A model generated the notes under the pieces. That model was not told the DNA's origin. It searched no databases and saw nothing but the letters and a program-made list of their open reading frames with translations. From NCBI RefSeq assembly GCF_963921235.1, contig NC_086097.1, forward strand, positions 8,804,001-8,868,000: DNA of 64,000 nt, given 5' to 3'. Shown here in pieces: positions 61,738 through 64,000 of the stretch. The DNA is from Mobula hypostoma. Lineage: Eukaryota. Position 1 is the first letter of the stretch. Every line of letters starts with the position of its first letter. The position numbers and the translations under genes are program-made.

Positions 61738-62180
61738 ACTGAAGCTGCCCAGAATGGCTGGAAGACCAAGATTTTCCCTGTAGAAGTGGGATGCAGGGGA
61801 TTCGTTGCTACATCAACGACCAGTCTATTGAAGAAGATGGGGGTGAGGGGTCACTCCCTCCAACAAGCAATCAAGTTCTTATCAAATGCAGCAGAAGAAA
61901 GCAGCAACTGGATTTGGATTAAAAGGAAAGACAACAACTGGGCTGCAAGATGAAGACAGGATGGTATGGAACTGAGGGGGGTGTATCTGGGACGCCAGGT
62001 AGCATCGTTGAGCCCTCTGGAGACATCGTGGGCTTATCAACGAAATGTCAAAGAAGGAGGGTGCCCACCTAGTGACCCCGATGACATACCTACCCTCCCT
62101 CTTTGTCACCACTCCAAACCCACTGCCAACATCGAGAGTGCCGACTTACCATAGGGATTGAAACATCAAGTCCTATTAGC
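61738..62180 (+). mobile_element. HERO-type (restriction-like endonuclease) non-LTR 3' fragment
   Basis: 61738-61953 reads TEAAQNGWKTKIFPVEVGCRGFVATS..AAEESSNWIWIKRKDNNWAAR*; 3' boundary approximate. Confidence 0.75.
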
Positions 62181-62744
62181 TCTGCTGTGACTCTTTGACT
62201 TTCTGAGGGCAAAATCAGGCTACCATAAGAGAAATAATTTTAAAGACATTCAGACAAACATTCACAGTTGTAAAGTCACATTGTAATTGGAACAAGCTGT
62301 TAGAGACACAGTCTGTTTTCTTCACGTGTAGAGAGATATTTTGACTGAAACTTCAAATGTAACAATGCAGCAGGGTTAGCAATATTGACTGGAATGAAAT
62401 CAATGAAATGCTTTTTGGAGGCCAAGTACAATATGCTACTGCAATAATATGATGCACTCACAATGACTCTGAATTTCTAAGCTATGCTATTGAGAAAAGC
62501 TATAACACAATCAGAGAAGTGAAGACTGTCTCCGTAATAAATATGCTTATTATATTTGACTTGCACAGTTCTCATTTGGCCAACAAATTTCCAGTTACAC
62601 TTTCACAGTCTTTATTTCTCTCTGATATTATGTTGGATGTTGGATTATCATGAGTCATGGATATGCCATTAAAATTTGGATGATGCAATGCAGTCTAAAC
62701 AATGACCTTGAAAAAGACATAAGGACAACAAAATAAAAATGAAG

Positions 62745-62975
62745 TCACAAACGCAAGAACATCACAGGTGCTGGAAATCCAAGCAGCCTACAAAATGCTG
62801 GAGGAACTCAACAGGTCAGACAGCATCTACGAAAAAATTAAACAATCAATGTTTTGGGCCAAGACCCTTCTTCAGGACGGGAGAAGGGTCTCGGCGTGAA
62901 ATGTCCACTGTTTTCTCTTTTCCATGAATACTGCCTGGCCTGCTGAGATCCTCCAGCATCTTGTGTGTGTTGCTT
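62745..62975. mobile_element. Palindromic Penelope pLTR-derived repeat
   Basis: Inverted arms centred near 62878 (GACCCTTCTTCAGG / GAAGGGTCTCGGCGTGAAATGTC). Confidence 0.7.
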
Positions 62976-63684
62976 TAAAATAAAGCTGTTAGGTTGAAAA
63001 ATGCAACTGCACCAAATTTAATATGTACTCCTGTTTTTTCACATGTTCTCCAGACATCATAAAGGAAGTCAAGACTGAGATGAAAGCAGCTCCTGTAAAC
63101 TTTATCCACCAGATATACTCGTTTATTATGCACTGACATACAGTCCATCTGGTAATCAAAGAACAGAATTACTTCAGAACAATGTTCGAACTGAGTCTTC
63201 TGCTATACAAAATGCGTCCATTAGCTTTCTTTGAATTTTCTTTAAATGTGACTTTTAATTTATAAAGTATTGAAGTTGAATAGTATCAATTTCTCTGCAT
63301 TGAATTGTTTTGTCTGCTATTTCAAAAGATATGCAAATCATTTGTCTTGGAGATTAAAAAAGTTTTCTCCCTTTCTGAATTCAAATTTGCAACTGAACCA
63401 TGGTGGGATGAGCTGATATGCTTAAATGAATGAGCCTTTGAAAATACTGATGGGATTGAGAATTTTGATGGGATTGCAAGCACTTGTCTTTAACCTACTT
63501 GATTTAAATCGCTATTCAAATCAAGGCAGAGTAATATTTGGTGTGGTTTAAAGATATTTTTCCACACTATCTCACAACTTACTATTATCTGAAAATCCAA
63601 CCTGCTTTGGTGGTGTGCAAGAGAGCAGTGCACTGATGCATTCCAATAGCCCATGGCCATCACAATATTCTCTGAAAACTAAGA

Positions 63685-64000
63685 AAGATGGCACCAGCAA
63701 ACAATGCAACCAAAGGCAATGTCCTTCAGATAGTTCACAAAACTACTTCTTTTACTTCTTCTTCTTCTAAAGACGGTTCTGCTACTAATCTGCTTGTGAT
63801 TGGAACCTGTGATTTATATATTGATGGTGCGTTTTCGGGTCGATTGAGTGATTTGGTGCTTTGTTGTCTTTAAGGGAGTGCAGTGAGGTTTCGAGCAGAG
63901 TGTGCAGCCTGGAGGCCCCGAGGGCTGGAGACAGGGTGCAAGTCTATGACTGGCTCCAGTTTCTCGCCAATCCCGCCAACTAAAGTGCCGAGCAAGTTTG
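63685..64000 (+). mobile_element. 5' head of an AAGATGGC-type element, runs off the window
   Basis: AAGATGGCACC start and a shift to GC-richer sequence, as at 50387. Confidence 0.35.

Noticed and set aside
1..64000. Prokaryotic systems (operons, CRISPR arrays, retrons, defence islands)
   Set aside because: All RT and endonuclease ORFs belong to eukaryotic non-LTR or Penelope elements; no repeat-spacer array is present

Overview
Eukaryotic (vertebrate) DNA, most likely a cartilaginous fish (ray or shark). That call is inferred from the dense CR1 load with HE1/V-SINE-like SINEs, Rex1 LINEs and Neptune-type Penelope elements. Most of the window is nested, fragmented transposable elements: many CR1 LINEs (some young, with intact RT ORFs), one full-length decayed L1 with target-site duplications and two nested inserts, Rex1/Babar, RTE-derived elements, R4/Dong and HERO fragments, Penelope-like elements carrying minimal hammerhead ribozymes, tRNA-derived SINEs, a hAT MITE and a PIF/Harbinger element. 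The window appears to lie inside large introns of a plus-strand gene encoding a coiled-coil protein (84-bp exon at 54444-54527, phase-compatible 32-bp exon at 30759-30790); I could not name the gene. Most entries in the ORF track are antisense shadows of retroelements. No prokaryotic-type system is present. All identities were judged by eye, and boundaries of old fragments are approximate.
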